Assembly (NCBI GenBank): GCA_902774265.1
Contig: CACYHR010000007.1
Location: 6,141-70,140 of the forward strand
Origin: an uncultured Eubacteriales bacterium
GTDB taxonomy: Bacteria; Bacillota; Clostridia; Peptostreptococcales; Anaerovoracaceae
Reading direction: 5' to 3'
DNA length: 64,000 nucleotides
The translations under genes were made by a program, and so were the position numbers. The notes under the pieces are model-generated. The model was not told where the DNA came from and ran no database searches. It saw nothing but the letters and a program-made list of their open reading frames with translations. This document shows, in pieces, positions 44,959 through 53,026 of this stretch. How positions within the stretch are numbered: the first letter of the stretch is position 1; every line of letters begins with the position of its first letter.

Positions 44959-44986
44959 ATTATAGCACAAATCTGTAACCTTACAA
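44959..44986 (-). promoter_or_regulatory. Strong candidate sigma-A promoter (TTGTAA-16 nt-TGcTATAAT) for tagG and downstream genes
   Basis: On the minus strand, -35 is at 44986..44981 and -10 at 44964..44959 with an extended TG. The tagG ATG begins only 9 nt after the -10. Confidence 0.55.
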
Positions 44987-45033
44987 CATTCAATTTATAC
45001 AGACATAGTATCTGCCGCCGGGCCTCGCTCACA

Positions 45034-46119
45034 TCACTCACCGGCATTTTTGAAATCCTCTTTGAGGTAGTGATGTTTGTAATACTTCCTGTATTCCTTC
45101 ATATAATCTGTATAGTCGGAATCGAGTCTTTTCTTCACTTCATCGCTGACCTGCCACTGAGGTATATCGTATTTTTCCAGTATGTATTTGCCGAGATATT
45201 TCGTTGCCTTACGTGCTCCCATGAGATTCAAATGATGATGATCATAAAAATCCTTACGGTAATCTATTCCGCTCTCTTCCATCACCTCATCCAGGTTGAA
45301 ATCAAAATAGTCTATTCCCGCTTCTTCGCAAAGACGCGATGCTGTCAGATGATTTCCATAGGTGAAAGTTGTCCCCGGCATAGTGACTATCAGCAGATTT
45401 ATACCGTTCTTCTTTGCGCAGTCAGCGATCTTCAGATACTCCTCCCATGCGTGTTCATCATAATCCTTGGGTTTTTCCTCCGGATCGTAGAATTTCCTGT
45501 CCGGAAACGTCCGTATCTCCTTGACTCTGTGCTGACCTCTCATGAAATCATGATCGGGATAATTGGCCTCAAGATAATCTTCGTATGTGATTTCATTCCA
45601 CCTCGAATGGTACCTGAGTACAGGAAAAGCAAAACTGAGCAAACTCTCGTCATGATCCATCTTCTTTATTTCCGCAACTGTCTGCATCTTAAGCATGGAA
45701 AAATTCTTATAATCGAGAGACTTTCTGATAAACGGTTCCTCTTTTGCATACGGATAGCCCGAAAAAAGCTGTGTTATCCCCAGTATAACGAGCTTTGGTT
45801 TCTGGTATTTCAGAGCCTCCTCCAGATCGAACAGGGCTATCTCGGGAGCCTGCTTTGAATCACCTCTTGTATATGCCGATATTCCGTAATTGTGCCAGAA
45901 TTCGTTTGGCGACAGTCCGTTTCTTACCGTGCTGCTGGCAACTATGAGCACATCAAGAGAATCCCTGTCTGCTTCATAGAAGGATCTTGACTGTCTTGTT
46001 TCCTCGCTGTCATAAGGAATATACAGTATGCCGAGCGGTATCAGCAGAAATGCGGCAATCAGCAGAAATACGATGACCCTTATTATCAATTTTAAGCTTA
46101 GATTCTTTTCGTCTGTCAC
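45034..46119 (-). CDS. DltD-like/SGNH-like membrane-anchored acyl-transfer protein
   Basis: N-terminal TM, then LDVLIVASSTVRNG (Ser block) and C-terminal FYDHHHLNLMG (Asp/His block), as in DltD-type esterase/transferase folds. The assignment rests on layout and operon context. Confidence 0.55.
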   Translation of the reverse strand: MTDEKNLSLKLIIRVIVFLLIAAFLLIPLGILYIPYDSEETRQSRSFYEADRDSLDVLIVASSTVRNGLSPNEFWHNYGISAYTRGDSKQAPEIALFDLEEALKYQKPKLVILGITQLFSGYPYAKEEPFIRKSLDYKNFSMLKMQTVAEIKKMDHDESLLSFAFPVLRYHSRWNEITYEDYLEANYPDHDFMRGQHRVKEIRTFPDRKFYDPEEKPKDYDEHAWEEYLKIADCAKKNGINLLIVTMPGTTFTYGNHLTASRLCEEAGIDYFDFNLDEVMEESGIDYRKDFYDHHHLNLMGARKATKYLGKYILEKYDIPQWQVSDEVKKRLDSDYTDYMKEYRKYYKHHYLKEDFKNAGE

Positions 46120-46122
46120 ATC

Positions 46123-47628
46123 TTACTCCATCATCGATCTGAGTTCAGTGAGATTTATCTTTCCGTTGAAACTCTTTGGCAGTACATCGAGTTTTTTATA
46201 TTTGCGCGGCACCATAAACGCCGGAAGTATTTCCCTGAGATGGCGTCCGATCGCTTTCTGATCTGTCTCTCCCGAATAGAACAGCCATATCTGCTGCTTT
46301 TCTTTATTATACATGCAGACTGCCTCTCCTGTTTCAGGCATTGCAAGCACTGCCGCCTCAATCTCTCCGAGCTCCACCCTGTGTCCCATATGCTTGATCT
46401 GGTGATCCTTTCGGCCGAGGAACTCGAGATTGCCGTCCGGCATATATCTTCCGATATCTCCGGTGGCATAGATTATTTCTTCGTATACATCATTTGCAGG
46501 GTTTACAATAAACGCTTCCTTTGTCTTTTCCGGATTCCTGTAATAACCGAGAGAAATCGAAGTTCCGCGTACGCATATCTCGCCCTGTTCTCCGTATTCC
46601 GCCTCTCTGCCGTTCTCATCAAGCAGTATTATACCGGTATTTCTGAAAGGAACTCCTATTGGCAGAGTTTCATCATCCTGTACCGGATGATCTACAACAT
46701 AATATGTGCAGCTCGCCGTGATCTCCGTTGGCCCGTAGTGATTGACAAACAAAGCATCCGGCAGATTATCCTGCCAGACACGCAGATGTCTGCATGGCAT
46801 TACCGATCCGGTAAAGATCACCTTTTTGACGGTTTCAAGCTTTTTGCTGTCAAATACCCTGAACTCCGAACAGAGAACCAGCGCTCCTACCACCCAGCAA
46901 ATCGTGCTTACTCTGTGTTCGTTTATATAATCGAAAAGCGCGGCCGGTATAGAGAAATATTTTTTCGGTATAAATACCGTCTGCGCACCGGTCTTAAGCG
47001 GTATATACAGATCTCTTATTGCCGCAATATAGTCGAGAGGCGACTGATTTCCGTATATCTCATCCGGGCCGAGATCAAATGCTTCCGTAAAAGCCTCTAT
47101 ATAATCTATCAGCTGCCGGTGTGATTCTATCACGCCCTTTGGCACTCCCGTAGATCCTGATGTGAATATCACATATGCGGGATCTGTGTCCATTGCACGG
47201 CTTCTTACTGCATCAAGTGCCGCCTTGTCCGTATCCGCACAGATCAGCTCCGGAGCAGTAACAACTTCACCGTCAAAATCCAGCCCGGAAACGAATTCCA
47301 TGTCTTCTTCTCCTGCAAGCATAAGAGATGCTCCTACAGTCTTTATAATCAGATTGATCCTGTATGCAGGAAGATCACGGCTGACAGGAACATAATAGGC
47401 ACCGGCATACAGCACTCCGTAATACATGACCGGGGTCATAAGGTTCTTTTCCGCTACGACAAGCACCGGCTTACGCGGATCGATCTTCTTAGAGAGCAGA
47501 CTCCCGGCCCTGCGTGAAAGTTCGAGCAGCCTGCCGAATGTTATGCTGTCTTTTTCATCCCGGTAAACAAGTCTCTCCGGATAATCAGCTGCAGTTTTTT
47601 CAAGATATTCAAGAACGTTTATATTCAT
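46123..47628 (-). CDS. Stand-alone adenylation enzyme, DltA-like (carrier-protein ligase)
   Basis: 501 aa. Motifs YVIFTSGSTGVPKGV, NHYGPTE, YATGDIG and GRKDHQIKHMGHRVELGEIE. Its size and adjacency to a 77-aa carrier protein match DltA. Substrate is not inferable. Confidence 0.75.
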   Translation of the reverse strand: MNINVLEYLEKTAADYPERLVYRDEKDSITFGRLLELSRRAGSLLSKKIDPRKPVLVVAEKNLMTPVMYYGVLYAGAYYVPVSRDLPAYRINLIIKTVGASLMLAGEEDMEFVSGLDFDGEVVTAPELICADTDKAALDAVRSRAMDTDPAYVIFTSGSTGVPKGVIESHRQLIDYIEAFTEAFDLGPDEIYGNQSPLDYIAAIRDLYIPLKTGAQTVFIPKKYFSIPAALFDYINEHRVSTICWVVGALVLCSEFRVFDSKKLETVKKVIFTGSVMPCRHLRVWQDNLPDALFVNHYGPTEITASCTYYVVDHPVQDDETLPIGVPFRNTGIILLDENGREAEYGEQGEICVRGTSISLGYYRNPEKTKEAFIVNPANDVYEEIIYATGDIGRYMPDGNLEFLGRKDHQIKHMGHRVELGEIEAAVLAMPETGEAVCMYNKEKQQIWLFYSGETDQKAIGRHLREILPAFMVPRKYKKLDVLPKSFNGKINLTELRSMME

Positions 47629-47734
47629 TTGCGATATCTCCTTTTTACTCCGTACAGACTGTCCCCTTTCCCTGCAAACAGTTCAGTCCGCAGTTCAGTC
47701 AGGGGTTCCGGTTTACATATGCCGGACACATATG

Positions 47735-49315
47735 TCAGAACGTACGGTATATGAATGTATTCGCATCATAGCCGACACCATAGACGCCGAACACGATTAT
47801 TGCTATAAATCCTCCCAGATATATGAACCATCTGAACAGGAGATTCTGTCTTCCGATGACATCTCTGATCACATAGCCCTTTTCCTGTGCGATACTTACT
47901 CCAAGCCAGATCAGAAGACAGACAGCTATCAGCTGAAAATCCCTCGGAAGCATGCCAAGGGTAAATATTCCTCCGTTGAACAGTTCCTCAGGGTTGAACA
48001 CGAACATTGCTCTGATCATGCGGACCGCAACCAGAAAACGCGGTCCTCTGTCAAAGAATCTCCCTATTGTGATCAGAGTAAAGGTCCTGATCATGAGGAA
48101 AAGCTTCCAGCTCCAGGCATCCGTATTGATTCGCAGTATTTCTGCCAGCCTCTTGAACTGCGGCTGAAAAATCAATCCTATGTTGATAAAAAACGCCTGA
48201 TAAAATCCATATACAAGATATTTGATCTGTGCTCCGTGCCAGATGCCGATGATCACGAACGAGGCTGTCTGGGCAATGATTATCGGAGTCAGTTTTCCTA
48301 TCCTGTCTCCGAATATATTTCTTGCTTTTTTTGTCATTTTGCTGAATGACTTAGAAAGTGATATAGGATAAAAGATATAGTCCCTGCACCAGTTTCCCAG
48401 ACTTACATGCCAGCGTCTCCAGAATTCATTCATATTGAGGGAGAAATACGGCCTTTCAAAATTCTCGATCAGTTTGATCCCGAATATCTGTGACACTCCC
48501 TGAGATATATCCATACCTCCGGAAAAATCCGCGTACAGCTGTATCGAATATCCGACTATGCCCGCTATCACATAAACGCCCGAGTAATCCTTATAATTAT
48601 CAAAGACCGTACTAACCAGTACAGCGACACGATCCGCTATGACCAGTTTTTTGAAGAAACCCCACATTATAAGCTGGGCTCCCCTTGTGACTCTTGTATA
48701 GTCAAATTCATGTCCTTCATACAGCTGCAGTGCAAGCTGATCATAACGGCTGATAGGCCCCTGTATGATCAGCGGGAACCATGACACAAAGAGGGCAAAT
48801 CTGACCAGGCTTGTGTCCGGATCGTATTTGCCTCTGTAAAGATCGATTATGTAGCTCATCGACTGGAATGTATAGAAAGATATACCCAGCGGTATGAGTA
48901 TGCTCGATCCGACATGCATCCAGTCGGCATGCAGCAGCTCTGCGAGCATATCAATATAGGTCCCGAAATACTTCATTACTGCAAGTATTCCGAAATTCAG
49001 GATCAGGACGGCGAGCATCCATTTTTTCTTTTCTTTTTTGCTCTCCGCCTTCAGTTCCTTGCGTGCGGCCCTGTCGAATTCTCCTTCGCTGAGGCGCTTT
49101 CTGTAGCGTTCCTCACATTTACCTATCTGTCTGCCGCCATAGTATGTAGTGACAGTTGTTATAAGCAAAAAAACAAAAGACTTCGGGCTTGCCAGCAGAT
49201 AGAATATATAGCTGGCAGCCAAAAGCACCATCCAGCGCTTCTTTGCCGGCATCACAAAATATATGCCGGCAATTACCGCAAGAAAGATTATAAAACTGAT
49301 CGATGTTATGGGCAT
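47735..49315 (-). CDS. MBOAT family membrane O-acyltransferase, AlgI-type rather than DltB-type
   Basis: 526 aa. Motifs PLGISFYTFQSMSYIIDLYRG and EFWRRWHVSLGNWCRDYIFYP. Has a charged insertion (KCEERYRKRLSEGEFDRAARKELKAESKKEKKK) after TM2. Confidence 0.85.
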   Translation of the reverse strand: MPITSISFIIFLAVIAGIYFVMPAKKRWMVLLAASYIFYLLASPKSFVFLLITTVTTYYGGRQIGKCEERYRKRLSEGEFDRAARKELKAESKKEKKKWMLAVLILNFGILAVMKYFGTYIDMLAELLHADWMHVGSSILIPLGISFYTFQSMSYIIDLYRGKYDPDTSLVRFALFVSWFPLIIQGPISRYDQLALQLYEGHEFDYTRVTRGAQLIMWGFFKKLVIADRVAVLVSTVFDNYKDYSGVYVIAGIVGYSIQLYADFSGGMDISQGVSQIFGIKLIENFERPYFSLNMNEFWRRWHVSLGNWCRDYIFYPISLSKSFSKMTKKARNIFGDRIGKLTPIIIAQTASFVIIGIWHGAQIKYLVYGFYQAFFINIGLIFQPQFKRLAEILRINTDAWSWKLFLMIRTFTLITIGRFFDRGPRFLVAVRMIRAMFVFNPEELFNGGIFTLGMLPRDFQLIAVCLLIWLGVSIAQEKGYVIRDVIGRQNLLFRWFIYLGGFIAIIVFGVYGVGYDANTFIYRTF

Positions 49316-49342
49316 TTGCTCAATATCTCCTGTTGTCTTTTA

Positions 49343-49576
49343 TTAGTCCTGAAGTCTTTCGATCATATCCAGGAGTCTGTCGACGGAGTTGAAATTGTCC
49401 GGAATCAATTCATCAACAGTGATCTCAATGTCAAATGCATCATTGAGTTCTCCTACCAGAGCAACTATATCCAGAGATTCCAGAATATTATCATCGATAA
49501 GAGCCTCTTCACCCTCAAAATCCGTATCCGGTCTGATGTCTTCAAGTATCTCCAGTAATTCTTCTCTCATACTCAT
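49343..49576 (-). CDS. Small acyl/aminoacyl carrier protein, DltC-like
   Basis: 77 aa and acidic. The phosphopantetheine-site context DDNILESLDIVALVGEL resembles the DltC motif GLLDSFGTVELL. Confidence 0.75.
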   Translation of the reverse strand: MSMREELLEILEDIRPDTDFEGEEALIDDNILESLDIVALVGELNDAFDIEITVDELIPDNFNSVDRLLDMIERLQD

Positions 49577-49639
49577 ATCTTTTCTCCTGTTTTACAGTAT
49601 TTTTCGCTTTTGCCGCTCGTTTTGCTGCTCAGCTCTTCT

Positions 49640-49668
49640 ATTATATTATCATAACAGGCCGGATTCAA
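49640..49668 (-). promoter_or_regulatory. Near-consensus sigma-A promoter (TTGAAT-17 nt-TATAAT) for the Dlt-like operon
   Basis: On the minus strand, -35 is at 49668..49663 and -10 at 49645..49640. The 5' UTR is about 57 nt, with AGGAG before the ATG at 49576. Confidence 0.6.
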
Positions 49669-49739
49669 CTCAATCACAGCAAGTAATCTCATACCGGCGC
49701 ATAATTGAACCGTTGAATTTGCTCCATAAGCGCTCGTGA

Positions 49740-49748
49740 TGCTATAAT
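49740..49748 (+). promoter_or_regulatory. Candidate extended -10 promoter (TGcTATAAT) for ugd
   Basis: tgctataat lies 39 nt upstream of the ugd ATG. AAAGGAG is the ribosome-binding site at 49771..49777. The -35 is poor. Confidence 0.4.
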
Positions 49749-49786
49749 TATTTAGCAATTTTTAAAATAGAAAGGAGTTCCCTATT

Positions 49787-51010
49787 ATGAAAATCACAGT
49801 TGCCGGAGTCGGCTATGTAGGACTCTCACTTGCCGTACTTCTTGCACAGAACCACGAAGTTACCGCTATTACAACTACAGAAGCAAAGGCCGAAAAGCTG
49901 AATCAGTTCTACAGCCCTATACAGGATGATGAGATAGAACGATTCTTCGCCGAAGCAAGAGCCGGCGAACGCAAGCTTGATCTGCATACTACTACAGATA
50001 AAGCCGCTGCATACTCCTCGGCAGAGCTTGTAATAATCGCAACACCTACCAATTATGACGATGTCGGACAGTTTTTCGATACAAGCGCCGTTGAGGATGC
50101 AATCGAATGGACTCTGAAGGTCAATCCGGATGTCATGATGGTGATCAAGTCAACTATTCCGGTAGGCTATACGGACCATGTTCGCGAAAAATACGGCATT
50201 GACAATATAATATTCAGTCCGGAATTCCTTCGTGAATCAAAGGCTCTCTACGACAATCTTCACCCGAGCAGAATCGTTGTCGGAGCTTACGACCATCAGA
50301 AGGCTGCTGCACAGGATTTTGCAGAGCTGCTTCTTGAAGGCGCACGTACAGAAGAGAAAAGAGCCGGCACTGCTCCGCAGGATATTCCTATCCTCATTGC
50401 TCATCCTACAGAAGCAGAGGCTATTAAGCTGTTTGCCAACACATATCTCGCAGTCCGTGTCAGCTATTTTAATGAGCTTGATACTTATGCCCAGACCAAG
50501 GGTCTCGATACTCAGCAGATAATCGACGGAGTCTGCATGGATCCGCGCATAGGCGGTCATTACAATAATCCTTCGTTCGGTTACGGCGGCTACTGCCTTC
50601 CAAAGGATACAAAACAGCTGCTTGCCAATTACAAGGATGTTCCTCAGACAATGATCGAAGCCGTCGTAAAATCGAATTCAGTCAGAAAAGATTTTATCGC
50701 CGACCAGATTCTGGCCAAAAATCCTAAAGTCGTAGGCGTATATCGTCTGACTATGAAGAGCAACTCGGACAATTTCAGAGCTTCTGCTATACAGGGAGTT
50801 ATGAAACGCATCAAGGCAAAAGGAATTCCTGTCGTAGTATACGAGCCGACTCTCGAGGATGGAAGCGAATTCTTCCGCAGCAAAGTCGTCAATGATCTCG
50901 ACAGATTCAAAAGCGAATGCGATGTAATAGTGGCCAACAGATTCGATGAATCCGTGCTCGGTGATGTAAGAGACAAGGTATATACCAGAGATTTATTCAG
51001 AAGAGACTAG
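49787..51010 (+). CDS. ugd: UDP-glucose 6-dehydrogenase
   Basis: Motifs [47 protein letters not shown] and [13 protein letters not shown]. Confidence 0.9.
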   Translation: MKITVAGVGYVGLSLAVLLAQNHEVTAITTTEAKAEKLNQFYSPIQDDEIERFFAEARAGERKLDLHTTTDKAAAYSSAELVIIATPTNYDDVGQFFDTSAVEDAIEWTLKVNPDVMMVIKSTIPVGYTDHVREKYGIDNIIFSPEFLRESKALYDNLHPSRIVVGAYDHQKAAAQDFAELLLEGARTEEKRAGTAPQDIPILIAHPTEAEAIKLFANTYLAVRVSYFNELDTYAQTKGLDTQQIIDGVCMDPRIGGHYNNPSFGYGGYCLPKDTKQLLANYKDVPQTMIEAVVKSNSVRKDFIADQILAKNPKVVGVYRLTMKSNSDNFRASAIQGVMKRIKAKGIPVVVYEPTLEDGSEFFRSKVVNDLDRFKSECDVIVANRFDESVLGDVRDKVYTRDLFRRD

Positions 51011-51012
51011 TG

Positions 51013-51060
51013 AAACGACTAAAGAAGAGACTTACGAAGAGACTTACGAAGAGGCTTACT
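51013..51060 (+). repeat. 12-nt tandem repeat (about 4 units; aagagacttacg twice exactly, flanked by two degenerate units) immediately upstream of the beta-helix protein start
   Basis: 51025..51036 and 51037..51048 are identical. 51049..51060 reads aagaggcttact. 51013..51024 matches at 8 of 12 positions. Confidence 0.7.
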
Positions 51061-52866
51061 ATGAAGAAAAAACTATTAACAATCGGTCTATGTACCGTGC
51101 TGCTGTTCGCCTTATCGGTCTTTGTCGCAGCAGCAGAAGATGAGGAATTAAGCGATTATCAGCAATTCGTGAACCGGCTTGTACCGGGCAGTACAATCAA
51201 TATAGACGAATGCATAACTATACCTGCAAATACTCATCTTGATCTCAACGGCTGTACTGTCATAAGAAGATCCGGGTATGCTTTTGAACTGAGCGGCAAT
51301 CGTTCATCTATCGAGAACGGAACTATATCCGGCGGCGGAATCAGAGTTGACGAAGATGATCCGGACGGGTATATCAGAAATCTTCAGATCAAAAATCCTG
51401 ACGGAAACGGAATATTCGTTTCAGGCAGTATCGGAGATATTTCCGGATGTACCATTACCGGTTCTGAAGATGCATCAATTTACTTCAGAGGAGGCAGCTC
51501 AGGAAACATTACAGGCAATACCATTACAGACAGTCAGGATGCCGGCATAATGATGTACAACAAATCCTCCTGCGGCAATATTCTGCGGAACAATATCAGC
51601 AACTGCGAGGATCACGGCATAAGACTCTTCGGTTCATCAAGCGATTCAGTAAACAACGGCTGTTCTGCCGGTGATATTATGGATAATACGATCACTAACT
51701 GCGGAGGCCACGGCATCAGTCTTTACCACGGATCACACTGCGGAAAGATAAACGGAAACACTCTCAAAAAGATCGGCGGAAAGCACGATGGCAATTCTGA
51801 TAATCCTGTCGGTGATTTCGGGATAATGATCAACAGCGGATGTCCGTTCCCGTCATATGCCGCCGAGATAACCTACAATACTCTAGATACTATCGCCTAT
51901 GCCGGAATCGATGTCTTATGTGAAAAAAGAAACTCATCAGGCAGGAATAACGGCGCCGCATATATCGAAGGCGATATAGCATACAACACCGTTACAAATA
52001 CCGGTACGTGGAACAAAGGTATCGACTGGTCAAAGGGAAGCGCCGGAAAACTGCATCCTTGCGAGGGATCGATCTATGTCGACTCCTACGCAGAGGTCCG
52101 CGGTGATATACACGATAATACAATTAGCAATTCCAATGACAATGGTATCTGCGTGCTTACCTATTCACGCGTCAACGATATTTACGGCAATGATATCAGC
52201 AAATGCAAATGCGCAGGAATAAACGCCGGAGATCACTCCGTGATCAGCGGGGATGTTTATGAAAATAAAATCAAATCTTCGAAGGTATACGGCATAATGA
52301 TCAATAACGGCTCTAAAGCCGACGGCAGCATACGCAATAATACTGTTACATCAACCGGTAAGGACGGAATAGCTGTTATGAAGGGTTCAAAGGCCTCAAA
52401 GATCAGCAGCAACAATATCACCGGCTCCGGGCTTTACGGTGTTATAGCAGCCAATAGCAATGCTGTTATCGATGATCTTTCAAAGAACAAGATCTCTGTC
52501 AAAGGTTCGAAAGACAGCATGGGCATAATATGCAACAGCGGTTGTGCTATCAAAAAGATCAGCGGCAATAAGATCAGCGGTAAGTTCAGCAGAGGTATAC
52601 GCATCAAGGATCCGACTGCAAAGATCACTATCAAGTCGAACACGACAACTGCCGGCAGTCCGAAATCCGTACAGACCATCGGTATATCAATACAGGGCTG
52701 CAAAAACAAAACCATCACTGTAACATCAAATAAAATTACCGGGAACAATACCGGTGCGGGGATCTATATTCAGACAAGCTCCGGAGTGATCAAAAAGAAC
52801 ACAGTCAAAAAATCAAGAAATGCTGTATCCGTAGTTAAAGGACGCTATAAGGTAAAAATATCCTGA
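51061..52866 (+). CDS. Secreted right-handed parallel beta-helix repeat protein (pectate-lyase-fold; candidate glycan-binding or glycan-degrading protein)
   Basis: Signal peptide MKKKLLTIGLCTVLLFALSVFVAAA. Many 22-25-aa repeats of the form I.(N/D)N.I....(D/H)GI.(L/V). I prefer the ATG at 51061 over the track GTG at 51010. Confidence 0.75.
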   Translation: MKKKLLTIGLCTVLLFALSVFVAAAEDEELSDYQQFVNRLVPGSTINIDECITIPANTHLDLNGCTVIRRSGYAFELSGNRSSIENGTISGGGIRVDEDDPDGYIRNLQIKNPDGNGIFVSGSIGDISGCTITGSEDASIYFRGGSSGNITGNTITDSQDAGIMMYNKSSCGNILRNNISNCEDHGIRLFGSSSDSVNNGCSAGDIMDNTITNCGGHGISLYHGSHCGKINGNTLKKIGGKHDGNSDNPVGDFGIMINSGCPFPSYAAEITYNTLDTIAYAGIDVLCEKRNSSGRNNGAAYIEGDIAYNTVTNTGTWNKGIDWSKGSAGKLHPCEGSIYVDSYAEVRGDIHDNTISNSNDNGICVLTYSRVNDIYGNDISKCKCAGINAGDHSVISGDVYENKIKSSKVYGIMINNGSKADGSIRNNTVTSTGKDGIAVMKGSKASKISSNNITGSGLYGVIAANSNAVIDDLSKNKISVKGSKDSMGIICNSGCAIKKISGNKISGKFSRGIRIKDPTAKITIKSNTTTAGSPKSVQTIGISIQGCKNKTITVTSNKITGNNTGAGIYIQTSSGVIKKNTVKKSRNAVSVVKGRYKVKIS

Positions 52867-52922
52867 TCCGGGATCAAGCAGGGGATCAAGTCCATCTGCA
52901 TTCTGCATAATGAAATTTGAAA

Positions 52923-52967
52923 CCGCCCGGTTTCTGAGATCAGTCTCAGAAACCGGACGGTTTTTTT
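52923..52967 (+). terminator. Strong Rho-independent terminator, possibly also serving the convergent minus-strand gene
   Basis: Perfect 13-bp stem: ccggtttctgaga, loop tcag, tctcagaaaccgg. It extends to ccg.ccgg/ccgg.cgg with one mismatch and is followed by ttttttt. Confidence 0.85.
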
Positions 52968-53026
52968 AATTGCATATGTATCAGTCTGAGCGGCCGATGT
53001 TTCCCTCGATGCTTATCATCAGGGTA

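Noticed and set aside
44920-45858. Long plus-strand ORFs lying antisense to strong minus-strand genes: 44920..45858 (312 aa), 46240..47124 (294 aa), 21642..22451 (269 aa), 8647..9366 (239 aa), 60109..60852 (247 aa), 63146..63889 (247 aa), 42496..43170 (224 aa), 53864..54529 (221 aa).
   Set aside because: Each lies entirely inside a minus-strand gene with clear family motifs. Their translations are low-complexity (Cys/Phe/Ile/Arg-rich) with no recognisable motifs or ribosome-binding sites. These are typical shadow ORFs.
51010-51060. GTG start at 51010 giving an N-terminal KRLKKRLTKRLTKRLT extension on the beta-helix protein.
   Set aside because: The extension is the translated 12-nt tandem repeat and overlaps the ugd stop. 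The ATG at 51061 gives a canonical signal peptide with an AAGAGG ribosome-binding site 6 nt upstream.
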